In this document: in pieces, positions 13,251 through 25,770 of the stretch
Layout of the letters: every line of letters starts with the position of its first letter
Numbering within the stretch: position 1 is the first letter of the stretch
Origin: Raja brachyura
Lineage: Eukaryota
NCBI GenBank assembly: GCA_963514005.1
Contig: OY740782.1
Location: 122,636,001 to 122,700,000, forward strand
Length of the DNA stretch: 64,000 nucleotides
Reading direction: 5' to 3'
Position numbers and translations under genes: made by a program
Notes under the pieces: generated by a model
The model's database searches: none
Told to the model about the DNA's origin: nothing
What the model saw: only the letters and a program-made list of their open reading frames with translations

Positions 13251-13459
13251 GACTGACTTGGTAACATCACCACATACTAACTGGCTGAAGACCGAACCAC
13301 ACAGCTAATGGATTAAGCTGTAAGTAAACTGACACATGAGAAATCTACTTAACTCCATCCTTGCTAAACTACCTTTTCACTTTCTGCAGCCCACCCGTCC
13401 CTGAAGTTCTTCTCACCAAAGACCAACCACAACATTGTCATCAAAGCTGCTGACAAAGT

Positions 13460-13660
13460 TCATAAGTTCATGGCGCAGAATCAGATCATTTGGACCATCA
13501 AGTCTACTCTGACATTCAATCATGGCTCATCTATCTTTCCCTCTCAATCCCATTCTCCTGCCTTCTACCCATAACCCCTGATACCTTTGCCAATCAAGAA
13601 TGTGTCAATCTCCGTTTTAAAAATATCCATTGACTTGGCATCCACAGCCACCTGTGGCAT
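13460..13660 (-). mobile_element. CR1 3' end inserted in an older PLE RT relic
   Basis: Reverse complement of the CR1 3' UTR; the left flank encodes NIVIKAADK (PLE RT-type motif). Confidence 0.6.
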
Positions 13661-14027
13661 GGTGGTATTATTGCATTTTGGTGAACTTGCCTCAATTTCA
13701 CAGCGGCCAACCATCAACCCTCAGATACCTCCTCACACCTTCTGCTGGACCATAACCCCACAGACAAACATCAGGTTATGGTTTTTTCTACAGCTTTCAG
13801 GTGAAGCAGAAACTTACTTATGCTTTACTGTTTTTCGTATTTACAATGTAGATTCCTCTTGACTAAGGAAATGAAATGGAAATCAGGTGACTGTTTTCAG
13901 AACATCCCAATTCAATCCAAAGGGGTTAATTTTTGCTTCTGGATGCCTGACACTCTAATGCATCCCACTCACTTTCTGACCTTGGTGCCTTTAGCCTCCA
14001 ATGAAGCCTAACAAAGTCAAGGAACTC

Positions 14028-14313
14028 ACTGGTGCACAGTGGTGCCTCACAATACCAGACACTGAGGTTTGATCCTGAACCTCGGGTGCTCTCTGTGTGA
14101 GTTTGCATATTCTCCCTGTGACCACATGTGCTTCCTGTGAGTGCCACAGGTGCATCCCAAAGAAGTGCTGGTTTGTAGGTTAATTGGCCCTAATGTATAA
14201 GGAGTGGATAAGAAAGTGGGATTAAATGAAGCTAGTGTGAACAGGCGATCGATGGTGGACATGGACTCGGTGGGCCTGTTTACAAGCTGTATCTCCAAAA
14301 CCAAAACCTAAAA
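14028..14313 (+). mobile_element. HE1-like V-SINE (diverged)
   Basis: tRNA-like head GGTGCACAGTGG...GGTTTGATCC, conserved core TTTGTAGGTTAATTGGC, CR1-type tail. Confidence 0.7.
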
Positions 14314-14860
14314 CTCATCTTTTTTCTCATTGTCCTTGGAGCTGAATATTAAAATTTCCAGTTTGTGTCAGGACTTACCAGATCTGATGTAAGATCATCT
14401 CAAAGCAACTTCCAATATTCTCTTTTATTTCAGATTTCCAGTAACTATTGTATTCAGTATCTCACAGTTCCAGCAGGTTGGTTTACTTTCTCTCCCATTG
14501 CCCTCATTCATCCTCTGCAATTTACACTAATTCAGATTGACCAGCTTTGATTAACTATCATTCATTTCTTTTCCTTAAACAGACACAAGAGCAATTGTTG
14601 TCACCTGGACAACCATGGCTTTCACTACATAATGAACACTCCTTGAATTGAGGTTTTCGCTCCACAACTCTGCAATTTCAAACATGCTTGTTTTCTCACT
14701 TCTTCCATTCTGATAAAAAATTATTGATTTGCGGCATTAATTCAGTTTCATAATGCACACACTGCCTGATCTGCAGAGATGTCTCTGGCTTTTTCTGTTT
14801 TTATTTCCATTCCAGCATCTTGAGTTATTCCATTCCAGCATCTTGACTTTTAGTTATTAC

Positions 14861-15170
14861 TTTAGTTTAGTTTAGAAATACAGCGCTGAAACTGGCCCTT
14901 CGGCCCACTGAGTACACGCTAACCAGTGATCCCCATACACTAGCACCATCCTACAGACCAGGGACAGTTTACAATTTTTACTGAAGCCAAATTAATGTAC
15001 AAACCTCTACATCTTTGGAGTGTGGGAAAGAAACTGGAGCAACCGGAGAAAACCCACGTGACCACGGGGAGAACATACAAACTCCATACAGACAGCACCC
15101 AGTCAGGATCGAACCCGCGTCTCTGGCACTGTAAGGCAGCAACTCTACCGCTGCACCACCATGTCGCCCC
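14861..15170 (-). mobile_element. HE1-like V-SINE, full length
   Basis: Minus strand: GGGGCGACATGGTGGTGCAGCGGTAGAGTTGCTGCC (A box)...GGTTCGATCC (B box)...(CTAAA)n tail. Confidence 0.85.
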
Positions 15171-15680
15171 AAACTGGTTAAGATGGGATCAACTATTTGT
15201 CGAAAGACATTTCTCGTCTTGTTATATGAAACTACCACTGTGCCCAGTCAGATAGATTCAGAACAGATCCACTGACTTAAGGATGAATGCCCACAAGGCA
15301 CTGTGAGCCTCTTGGATGGTACACAGTTCTGGCTCATCATTGCCCTCAGTTCACCATTTTACCATCATTCCAGTGAACCAAATATCATTCTCAGGCAATC
15401 ATAGAACAGCATAGCCAGGAGGAGCACCAGGGAGATCTTGAACTGAGCTGCCAGCTTAACACAGTCACAACCTAGAGTTCACAGCAGGAGCAGCATTCTA
15501 TAAACAAAGTTAATTGATCCAACAACCAGTGGACAGGATGAAAGCCCTGCAATAGTAAATTGCAGTGGATAATTAATCAAAAATAGGAAGAGGTGTTCTA
15601 CTGGGTCCCAATGTTCAGTGGAAGTGAATGATGCCATGCAGTCCTTCATCATTGTCCCTCATTTTATCATGGGTATAATA

Positions 15681-16722
15681 TAGGTATGTTACAAAACTTA
15701 CCTTCAGCGGCGCTGCAGTTCTGTCACTGCCCGTGTGCACGACTTTGGCGCCTTTGAGAGTGGGGCGGGCTTAAAGTGCTGTTTTCTCCAGACTATTCAA
15801 ATCGATGTTTGTCAGACTGTTTAGATGCTGAAGAGAAATCGCTCCGACATTTGTTTTATGAAGTTATTTTTAAACTGTGCTGGATAATTTAATTGCGAGA
15901 GTAAATTAAAAATCATCTTCTAAAGCTGTGAACGCCGACAACGGGATGGATTTCACGTATGGGACAAAGCAAGGTACCGGTTTATTTTTACATTAAAAAG
16001 TGCATCTTAGGATGCCTTTAATCAAAATTTCATGTTGCGAAAAGGTGACTTAGAAAAGCTACGAACCGGCAGTATTTTTCCTGCCGATATGGGGTTTAAA
16101 TTCACCGTAACCGCAACGTTCCAAACCATCGTGTTCCACAAAATCCCACTCGCAAGATGATTTAAATGGCCATTAATTTACGGGAATTAAACACTAAATT
16201 CCTTCCATTTGGCCTATAAATTCATGACAATGAGATTTAAAACTCATGTTATATTGTGAATTCTTGTGTGACTGTTATTTGGACACTTAGGCTATTTAAA
16301 AATGCTAACCTTTCCTTAAGAAATGGATAGATGTTTAGATCTAGTAATTGAATTTTGTAATTAGCTACAATTAGGTAACTAACTAATTATATGCTTTAAT
16401 TTCAGGTCATCCAAGTAAGATTGTTTCATATTTGTTTCAGAATGCTTCAATCTATAATAACTGAAATTTTCATTCAGTTCTCTTAATTTTTCAGAAAGTT
16501 ATGGGCTTTTGACTGTCCTTGATCATAGCTTTTGAGTTAAGTCAATGGAAAAGCAAAAGGGAACAAGATGCTATTTTCCGAGTATGAAAATGGCAGTAAC
16601 TTTTTTTATACTGAAGATATGAAAGTGAATTGGGTGTCAAATTAAACATCTTTTTATCCTTTATCTGATGGGATAAATTGCAGGCTTGATTTTTAAAATC
16701 TCAAAATGTTGTAACATTGCTA
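15681..16722. mobile_element. Non-autonomous DNA transposon (hAT-like termini)
   Basis: Termini TAGGTATGTTACAA...TTGTAACATTGCTA (imperfect TIR), flanked by TATAATA direct repeat (15674-15680, 16723-16729); no long ORF. Confidence 0.6.
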
Positions 16723-17794
16723 TATAATAGGTAAAGTTCTGATCTAACAGCACTGTAGGAGTATCTCCACCACACACGTTGCACTGGTTCAAGCAAACAG
16801 CTCACCTCAGCCTTCTCCAGTGCAATTAGAAATGGGATATACACACACATTTGGCTGCATCACACATACTTACTGTGGGGTCAAATTTGCAATCAGAGTC
16901 TGTGCTCCCTGTATGATTTCCCCCAGGTGGACCTTGTGCAGAAGTATTGGTCTAATCCTTTGTGGTGAGGTTCTGCATTTCACCGCAACTCATGCAGTAA
17001 ACAAACTTCATGAAGGGCCTCCAAAGGAAGCCCTTCCCAAAAGAGGAATAAAAACTGACTGCAGGCTAAAGTCACATACCTCAGCCAGAAATGAGCTGGA
17101 AAAGTCAAAAATTGGTGCCGGGAAAATTAATTTTTCCCATTTTCTTTGCACCACAATTGTGTTGTTTTAGCCTTGATCGCCATTATGGAACCTATTGAAA
17201 ACACTGAGTTGGTGAAGTTCGATGTTAAAAGTTCATTCTTATGGATTTCGCCTGTTTGTGTGCTGTACAATTCTATGAATCAACAATTCAGTTGCATGTG
17301 CCACAAATTAACAGAAGCTGTTGTATTTAGGCTGGTCTTGTATGAAACTTGCCATGTGCCAAACAAGACCAGCCTAAATACACAGCTTCTGACAATTTGT
17401 GGCGCCTCTTCCATACGTATTTCTGCTGCCTCATGATGTTTTGTAGGGATCTAATTGGTGGAGCCAGGGGATATGGGGAGAAGGCAGGAACAGGGTACTG
17501 ATTGGGGAAGATCAGCCATGATCACATTAAATGGCGGTGCTGGCTCAAAGGGCCAAATGGCCTACTCCTGCACCTATTGTCTATTGTCTATTGGCGCTCT
17601 GTGCACATGTACGAAACACAATTTAATCCAATTGTTAGACAACGATATCCAGATCTGTAATTCTGTCAAAAATGAATTGGATAAACATACAAATTGAAAT
17701 GGCATTATTGGGGCAAGTTCAGTCCAATCAGTAACTTTAGAAAAATGGTGGCTGTCGAGTATTAAATAATGCTAATGGGTGTCCTTGTAGCACA

Positions 17795-18548
17795 GCTTTG
17801 CAGTGTGAACTGCGAAGCGGATGCTAGGTGGTTGCAGGGTGATTTGGACAGGTTGGTGAGTGGGCAGATGCATGGCAGATGCAGTATAATGTGATAAATA
17901 TGAAGTTATCCACTTTGGCGGCAAGAACAAGGAGACACATTATTATCTCAATGGTGTCAGATTAGGAAAAAGGGAAGTGCAACGAGACCTGGATGCTCTT
18001 GTACACCAGTCACTGAAAGTAAACATGCTGGTACAGCAGGCAGTGAAGAAAGCTAATGGCACGTTGGCCTTAATAGTGAGAGGATTTGAGTATAGAAGTA
18101 AAGATGTCCTTCTGCAGTTGTACAGGGCCCAGGTGCGACCACATTTGGAGACTGGTTGTGTATTCACTGGAATTTAGAAGGATGAGAGAGGATCTTATGG
18201 AAACATATACAATTATTAAAAGACTGGACAAGCCAGTCTTTAAAACTGAGATGAGAAAAAGACTTTTAAAAGACTTTAAAACTGAGATGAGAAAAAACCT
18301 TTTCACCCAGAGAATTGTGAATTAGTGGAATTTTCTGCCACAGAAGACAGTGGAGGCCAATTAACAGGATGAATTTAAAAGAGAGGTAGAGCTCTTGGGG
18401 CTAGCAAAATCAAGGGGTATTGGGAGAAGGCAGGCACAGGTTATTGATTGTGGATGATCTGCCATGATCGCAATGAATGGTGGTGCTGGCTCGAAGGGCC
18501 GAATGGCTTCCAGCTGCACATATTTTCTATTTTTCTATGTTTCTATGT
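17795..18548 (+). mobile_element. CR1 LINE ORF2 C-terminal fragment with 3' UTR
   Basis: LQGDLDRL..W, QRDL.ALVHQSLKV..QQAVKKANG.LA.I.RGFEYRSKDVLLQLYRA.VRPHLE, RMREDLMETY; (TTTCTATG)n tail. Confidence 0.88.
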
Positions 18549-18804
18549 ATGGACACTGGAAAGACAAGTCATTGTTACAAAGTAGAGTAATAATTTAAAA
18601 CCATTAAATATAGGTAAATATATGATAAATTGTTAAATGTATTGTTTCAAGAATCATCATTGTCATGCACTTTGTTTATTATTTTGATAATTTATACATT
18701 TGTGACAATATTTGCAATAAACTGCTTAATGAACACGACAGAGCATTAAATACAATTAGAAACTATACAAATAATTGAAAATAATACTTTACTTGATTGA
18801 GATA

Positions 18805-18840
18805 TATTAAAAAAACACACTACCATAAAAAGCTTTTATT
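18805..18840 (-). terminator. Probable mkx polyadenylation signal (AATAAA at 18840-18835) with downstream GU/U-rich element
   Basis: Minus strand reads AATAAAAGCTTTTTATGGTAGTGTGTTTTTTT: canonical hexamer followed by a GU/U-rich tract, ~2.6 kb after the stop codon. Confidence 0.6.
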
Positions 18841-20149
18841 TTAAAGCAGCTTTCTTTTATACAGGCCAAAAGCAGGTCAGTTATCTGTTTTACACTTCAG
18901 GGCATATTACAATTTGCAAAAAAGATACAAAAATATGTACAAATATTATCCCAAAATACATTATGTTCATTGCACAAAGAAGAGGGCATGGTTCAGAATG
19001 AAGTTACACTGGATGGCCCTAAAATATTACATTGGATTTTTTACATTTCAAAATAGGAAATGTGTTTTAAAAATCATATAAAATTATTTCCTTTGATATG
19101 TTATTAATTTGGAATCGTTTGGTGCCTGAATATCAGAAAAAGTTAATGTTGGGATTGTAATGGAACATTGGCTCCTTGCTAATTATATCACAAAGAAAGC
19201 TTGAAAAGTTAGATTTGTTTAGGTTAGTTTATTTCATTGTCACCTGTTCCAAGGTGGAGTGAAAAGCTTTTTTGTTGCATGCTATCCAGTCAGCGACAAG
19301 ACTATACACATACAATCTCTTCAAACACATTTTCCACCAGCTGCCAATATGTGCTGAGGTAGGTTGAAGAGATGTAAGACTACTTTCTCATTTCATATCT
19401 TACACCTAAACAAGTTCTCAACCCATTCCATCTGACCACCACACTGACAATATTACCAGCATGCTTCAAAGACCAATATAGCATAAACAGAGAGAATTCA
19501 AATTCCCACAGCAACACGGGGGATTTAAAACAAGAGAATCATAAAACAACGTAAAGACTGAGGTAATTGGGATACATGGGTGTTATGCATGTAACTTAGG
19601 CGTGTCTATCAACCTTTGACTTCAAGTGAATTATAATGGTTCCACTCCTAGTTTATCTAGATATTTCATGGTTCGCATGCAGATTCAAATTAAAATTGTA
19701 CTATAAGGCTCAACAGGAAGCAGAAATTTTCTTTGAAAAGAATTAAAACTATGCTCTATGAGAATTGCATTTTTATTTCCAGTTATTTATTTCAGCATGT
19801 AACATTAAACATTGAAAATCTTCCACAACTGCATGTTCTTGCACGTGCATGAATGATAGATGGCTTGAAACTCCAATTTTTATATTTGAAAGGAATATTT
19901 GCTGTGAATTCACCTCAGTTTTTAGACTTTGATTATGTTCACCAATATCTTCAGTTACATCACTTTGGTTAATATTTGATTAATTAGATCAGCATGAAAT
20001 TTGGCTGTAAATATGCAAGCCACCACCTTGGAAAAAATTCCACCCTAACGTTGTAGATTGTGTGTTAAACTTCCTGAACGGTGGAAGTAATAATGAGCCT
20101 TCTATTTCTTTATGTTTTTAAGTCCATTGTGCTTGGGTTGTTAAAAAAA

Positions 20150-20620
20150 AGTTTAAGGCAGAGATTGACAGATTTCAGGGGTTGACAGGGTATCAGGGGT
20201 TGTTAGTAAGGGTGTCAGGGGGTTTAGTTTGGAGATATAGCGCAGAAACAGGACCTTCGGTCCAACGGGTCTGCACCGACCAGCGATCCCTGCACATTGA
20301 CACCATCCTACACACACTAGAGGCAATTTTACATTTATGCCAAGCCAATTAACCTACAGACCTGCACGGCTTTGTAGTGTGGGAGGAAACCGAAGATCTC
20401 GAGAAAACCCATGCAGCTCACGCGGACAGTGTACAAGCTCCTTACAGACAGCACCCGTAGTCGGGATCGAACCTGGGTCTCTGGCGCTGTAAGGAAGCAA
20501 CTCTACCATGGCACCACCATCATGGGGAGAAGGCAGAAGAAAGGGGTTGAGATGGAAAGATAGATCAGCCATGACTTGATGGGCCAAATGGCCTTATTCT
20601 ACTCCTAGAACTTATGTCAA
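20150..20620. mobile_element. HE1-like V-SINE (20222-20520, minus) nested in a CR1 3' fragment (plus), inside the mkx 3' UTR
   Basis: The SINE head and tail interrupt CR1 GGTGTCAGGGG|...|ATGGGGAGAAGGCAG. Confidence 0.8.
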
Positions 20621-21407
20621 TTGATTCTTTTATATTTTAATTAGGAATATGCTCATCATGGAAAGTGATTGTTTGAGCATGTCTTAAATATGGAATCTTC
20701 CAGCTTAATATTGGCTAATAATTTGGCACAAGTGAATCCTGAGTGCAATAGGTAGCTGCTTATAATTAGATCACAGTTTAGATCTGTATGACTTGCCAGT
20801 TCTCATGTGCTTTTAACATGTTCTCTGAGGCAAAGCAATATCAACAGAGTACAATCAAAATAAAGTGACATGCCAAAACAATCCCAATGTTTTTTTTTCA
20901 GGACCACAATGTACATTCCTCTGTTGTCGACTTTTTGCTTTGTTTGTCAAAATTGAGCTTTACAATATGGAACTGATCTTGTTATACAAAAGTACAATTT
21001 CACTGCGATAGAAATGCTTCAGTGTGCAACTTGTAGCTTATTGATATATTATTTATATTACTTTATATTCATGCCGACAACATCAACATGAGATGTCAAA
21101 GATTAATTTGAGTAATATAAAATAAGTTAATACTTTTATAGAAATTGTACCATTTTAACAATTTACAGTCAGTTCTTGATTTTAAAAAAAAAAAAGCTGG
21201 CCAACAACAGCAGAAATGTGTGCAATTACAAAGTTTTAAAACTGCTGCAAGATCCTAAATATATTAATAAACATAAGATTAGATCAAAAAAGATTTATTC
21301 TAAACTGGCCTCAAGAGCCAGGAGTCAGCATTTGATTGCAGCACTTTTATAATATACATGCATGGAATCCTTTTGCTTCTGAAAAGTCTTGTTACATAAA
21401 CCTTTTT

Positions 21408-21594
21408 TTAAAATGGTTTACACGGTGAAATTTTCAAAGTCTTTATTTCGGAAATATGCGAAGACTTCTGAATGATACAGCTGGTTGTTCCTTGTATTTT
21501 CCCTTTAGCCTGTGCCAGATTTGTTAAGGCCATGGCAGCGTTAATTTCCTTCCAGTAGGTTTCATCTTTGGAAGTTTCTTTATTCTTCGAATAA
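21408..21594 (-). CDS. mkx: MKX last coding exon (YSKNKETSKDETYWKEINAAMALTNLAQAKGKIQGTTSCIIQKSSHISEIKTLKISPCKPF*), 187 nt
   Basis: Acceptor TATTTTCTTAAAG|T; conserved YWKEINAAMALTNLAQ and TTSCIIQKSSHI motifs; TAA at 21410-21408. Not in the ORF track because it has no suitable start codon. Confidence 0.95.
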
Positions 21595-21677
21595 CTTTAA
21601 GAAAATAGCAAGTGGAGTTTAGTCCTCAAGTTCGCAACTTTCAGTTCTACAAGTAGAATTTTCTGAAATGCACTAAC

Positions 21678-21711
21678 CTGGTTAATCGGTTCGGTCCCTG
21701 TTCCACTGTTT
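21678..21711 (-). CDS. mkx: MKX coding exon 5, 34-nt microexon (ETVEQGPNRLTS)
   Basis: Acceptor TTTTGTTATCAG|AA, donor CCAG|GTTAGT; 34 nt bridges phase 1 to phase 2 exactly as the frame requires. Confidence 0.88.
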
Positions 21712-23707
21712 CTGATAACAAAAGAGAAAAAAGTTATTCTCTTGCTCTTGCAAAGATTCCCTCAGAAGCTATCAGATAGAATATGCTAATATTTGAACAG
21801 CCATTTGTACCAATAAAAGATAAAACAGATTTTAAGGCAGTTATCCTCTTTCCTCGTTCAATTCATTTGTAGTGTTGACCATTCCACTAGAGGGGCATTT
21901 TGCCCTGCAAAGATACTTCTATGTTGCACAAAGTGTGCTCTAAGCCAAATATTCTGATGATTACGGTAAATGTGGAGATTTGAAATAGATTTTCTTTGGC
22001 CCTGTTCTCTCTTCTTCTGAAAGAAAGTATATTTGAAAAGAGTGATTGAGTCATATTCTATCACTCTTTTCAAAACTTATTTTTACTGAGATACCACTGG
22101 TCACAAAGTCATAAAAACATAAGGATTTATGCATGCTTGCCAACATGACTTGCTGATTGTGCATAAACATTGGTATTACAGTGGGATATTTTTGCTTTTC
22201 TGTGACATGCATGAAATGTGGATCCAATGCCAGATGATCCATGGGTTGGTCTGTAATCCCACAGATATGCTATATTATGACAGACTACCCAACAAATCTG
22301 ACTCATACTGCTGCCTGAATAGGAAAATAGAGCTCTGCATATCAACATCCAGTTGCCAGTTAGACAGAACGGTTAACAAGCCAAAAACACAGTCAGCTTT
22401 CTGCTTACATTAATCATAGAATACAGTAGGAGGCCAATTGGCTCATCATGCCTGCGCTGGCTCTTCAAAAGGGCAATCCATTGAGTCCTAATCTCCTGCT
22501 CTCTCCTAATATTCTGCAAGTTTCAAGTTCTTATTCAACTTTCTGTTATGTACACTTCCATCATCCTTGCAAGTGGTGCACTCCAATGCATTAATATCAT
22601 TAGCAAAATGAAGTTTGAAAAGTTCCCGAGTGATTAGTCTGAGTCCGAGGAATTTCTTAAAGTATATATTACAGTGAACATTTTAAAATTGCAGTGATAA
22701 AGAGCGAAAATTTTGACTCCTACTTGTGCACAGGCAAAATAGTTTCAGATTACATACTAAATTTGTTTTGAGTAATTTACAGGAATTATACCACATACTT
22801 TACATCAAATAATGCCAACCCCAATCTACATCAACGGAGGCAGCCTATTTGTTATGCAGAAGATGAGTATAGGATTTACACATTCATTTTCTTTCCTTGA
22901 AAGATGATTTATGTGGCCCTGCTGAAACCCAATGGAAAATATGCACGTGAAGGTATATATGTGCACTGCTTGAATATAACTCCTTCTGTTCCCATGAAGG
23001 ATATTTTCTGATTATTTTTCTATATATTATGTAATAATACTTGTCAACTAGGTAGATGTCTCATAGTCATTTCGGGAAGGAATAAAGTAACCTCAGAATA
23101 GATTGGAACATATAATTATTATTATGATATCAGAGGCTCTAAATAGCCTATTGCTGCTGGACAGAAATCTGACCTTAAATGTTATGATCTTGATACCAGA
23201 GAACTAGAGGGAACTGGGAACAGATGGAATAGAATTAGTTTCTTAACTCCTTAATCATTCAACCACAAATCATCAAGTGTTTGCAATTATGTCTGCAATA
23301 ATGCTGATGAAATATGTGGTTGTTGTGGGTTAAATATTGTGGAACAATTTGGATCAAATATTTGCACAGATTTATTGGTATCTTGTTTTTAACATCAGTC
23401 AGGGGTATATAAGGCAATTTCATATGGATGGATTTAGACTATTTACTCTGGTTTCGTGGTTTCTGCAACACAGGAGGCAGCGTTTCAGTCATTGGATCCA
23501 GGTTACTGCGCCAAAGTGCATTCCCAGCAATCCACTTCTTTTCACTCAGTAACGTATTCTCTTTTACATGGCCATCAGTTCCCATTTGTTGATTTTGCCA
23601 CTTAACTGTTAACTGTTATGCCACCTTAATCGTTAAAAACATGAAATTGAACAAAGGAGTGCTCTAAACAGTGTTAGAATGGTTTACATGAAGAATCATT
23701 CAATTAA

Positions 23708-24026
23708 AGGGTGACATGGTGACACAGCGGTGGAGTTGCTGCCTTATAGTGCCAGAGATTTGGTTACAATCCTAACTATGAGTGCTTGTCTGTATGGAGT
23801 TTGTACATTCTCCCAGTGACCTGCGTGGGTTTTCTCCGAGATCTTTGGTTTCCTCACACACTCTAAAGACATACAGGTTTGTAGGTTAATTGGCTTGGTA
23901 TTAATGTAAATTGTCCCTAGTGTGTGTAGGATAGTTATAGTGTGTGTTCGGATCGCTGGCTGATGTGGACTCGGTGGGCTGAAGGGCCTGTTTCCCCACT
24001 GTATCTCCAAACTAAACTAAACTAAA
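23708..24026 (+). mobile_element. HE1-like V-SINE, full length
   Basis: GGGTGACATGGTGACACAGCGGTGGAGTTGCTGCC head, V-domain core, (AACTA)n tail. Confidence 0.85.
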
Positions 24027-24499
24027 AGGGGAGCTCCATGAAGAGCACCCATTTGCCACGTCACTGGGACAGATGTCAGACCTACAAGGAATACACCCTA
24101 CGGCTACCATGACTCACCATGAAAGGAAGGAATTAACAGGGCAGAGGGTGAGCTGTACATAGTATACATCTGTGGGTGCTTATATGTGCCCTGATTGAGT
24201 CCTGTGCTGTGAGCGAACCAATGCCACTGGGAAGTAGAAGATGATCAATGACGCAGAGATTGCAGCATGTAATATGGTAAAATCATATTACTGCAAAATA
24301 TTTGCATTGACGCTAAAACCAATGGATCCACTTTCTAAATACTTCTGGTTACTTATGGAACATAGTCTCTTGAATATGTCCTGCAATTTAATGCGATTGT
24401 GGTTTATCTATGATCTTTCTCCTTGAATGCATTTTTATTCCATATACCCTAGCAACTCTAATTAATAAAAATCCGCAAATTTCAAATTTAAAACTAGGT

Positions 24500-25770
24500 T
24501 TTTTCAACCATTGAAAATAATTTATCTCTCCCAATCTCTTGAGACATATATCCCTGACTTCCACATCCAAACACTTTTGGGAGAAAAAGCGCTTCCTGGA
24601 CATATCAGGAGTATAATCGATCCAATAATGATATTTACTTTAGAAACCTGGTTCACTCTTACCAGACAATTTAAACTGAATAAACAACAAAAAGTTTTAA
24701 GATGGATAGCTTTGGATAATGAATTTAAACTAGGGATGTATGACTCAACATTTAAAGAGTGGATGAAGAAAGGAATGACTGCATTTTGTACCGTTATTGA
24801 AAATGGAGACCTAAGAAGTTTTCAAGATTTGAAGGATAGATTTGCACTTCAGAACCAAGACCTGTTTAGATACCTCCAACTGAGAGATTATTACAATAAA
24901 AAAGTAAAAAGGGAGGCACTAGAAGAAAAGAATCCAGTGATAGAAGTGATAGTGCGTATCATTAAGGATTATTTCTAAACTTTATCATAGTTTAATGGAA
25001 TGCCAAGCTAAAACTACATTTTATGTAAAATTTAAGTGGGAAAAGGAATTGAACATCACAATCTCAGAAGAAGAATGACATCATATGTGTGTAACACGAC
25101 AGACATGCACTAATTCACAAAATTGGAGAGAATTTAATTGGAAAAATTTGATTTGTTTCTTTATTACGCCTAACATAAAAAACAAGCAAATTCTAAGGCA
25201 GCAAACATGCTGGAGGCAATGTGGTCAACCAGACGCAAATCATGTACATATCTTCTGGAGTTGCCCAAAAATAGAACCCTTTTGGGACAGAGTGAATTCA
25301 GAATTAACGGAGGTATTAGGATATACAGACTGCAAGAAGTGTTCCATTTTATACCTGGGAACACACAGCTGGCAGAAAGACCATTACAAGAAACTGGCTT
25401 GGAGCGGACACACCCAGACTTAGACAATGGTTAGACATAGTACAGGAAATATTTGTCATGGAGAAAATGACATATTCACTAAGAGTGAAAGAAGACGAGT
25501 TTAATAGAAAATGGGAAAAATAGATTAGGATTATAGATTATAGATTATAGAAATAAAGACATCAACACTGTATAATTTTATAGACAATAATGTAAGTTGT
25601 TGGAAAATGTTTTAATATGAAAATAGTTCTGTACACTGCATCATTAATTGTAAACTGAACCCCCCGCTACACTGTTGTATGTTTCACTGTAATGTTGTAT
25701 GTTTCATTGTTATATTTGTGTTTTATTTGTGTATACATAAAAGCAATAAAAACTAAAGTGTAAAAAAAAA
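24500..25770 (+). mobile_element. 5'-truncated L1/Tx1-type LINE (ORF2 C-terminus, zinc knuckle, 3' UTR, polyA)
   Basis: ORFs with FKEWMKKG...LRSFQDLKDRFAL.NQDLFRYLQLRDY and CWRQCGQPDANHVHIFWSCPKI..FW (CCHC zf-RVT); AATAAA at ~25745, A-tail 25762-25770; stops and frameshifts present. Confidence 0.85.

Noticed and set aside
14861-15170. tRNA gene (A/B boxes)
   Set aside because: It is the tRNA-derived head of a multi-copy SINE, with no complete cloverleaf.
18238-18300. Direct repeat CTTTAAAACTGAGATGAGAAAAA (similar small duplications at 5009-5055 and 14805-14846)
   Set aside because: Local slippage duplications inside TE relics; no spacer array, and CRISPR does not apply to this vertebrate DNA.
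24511-25434. 155-aa and 112-aa ORFs as a host gene
   Set aside because: They are broken L1 ORF2 fragments with a zinc knuckle and polyA tail.
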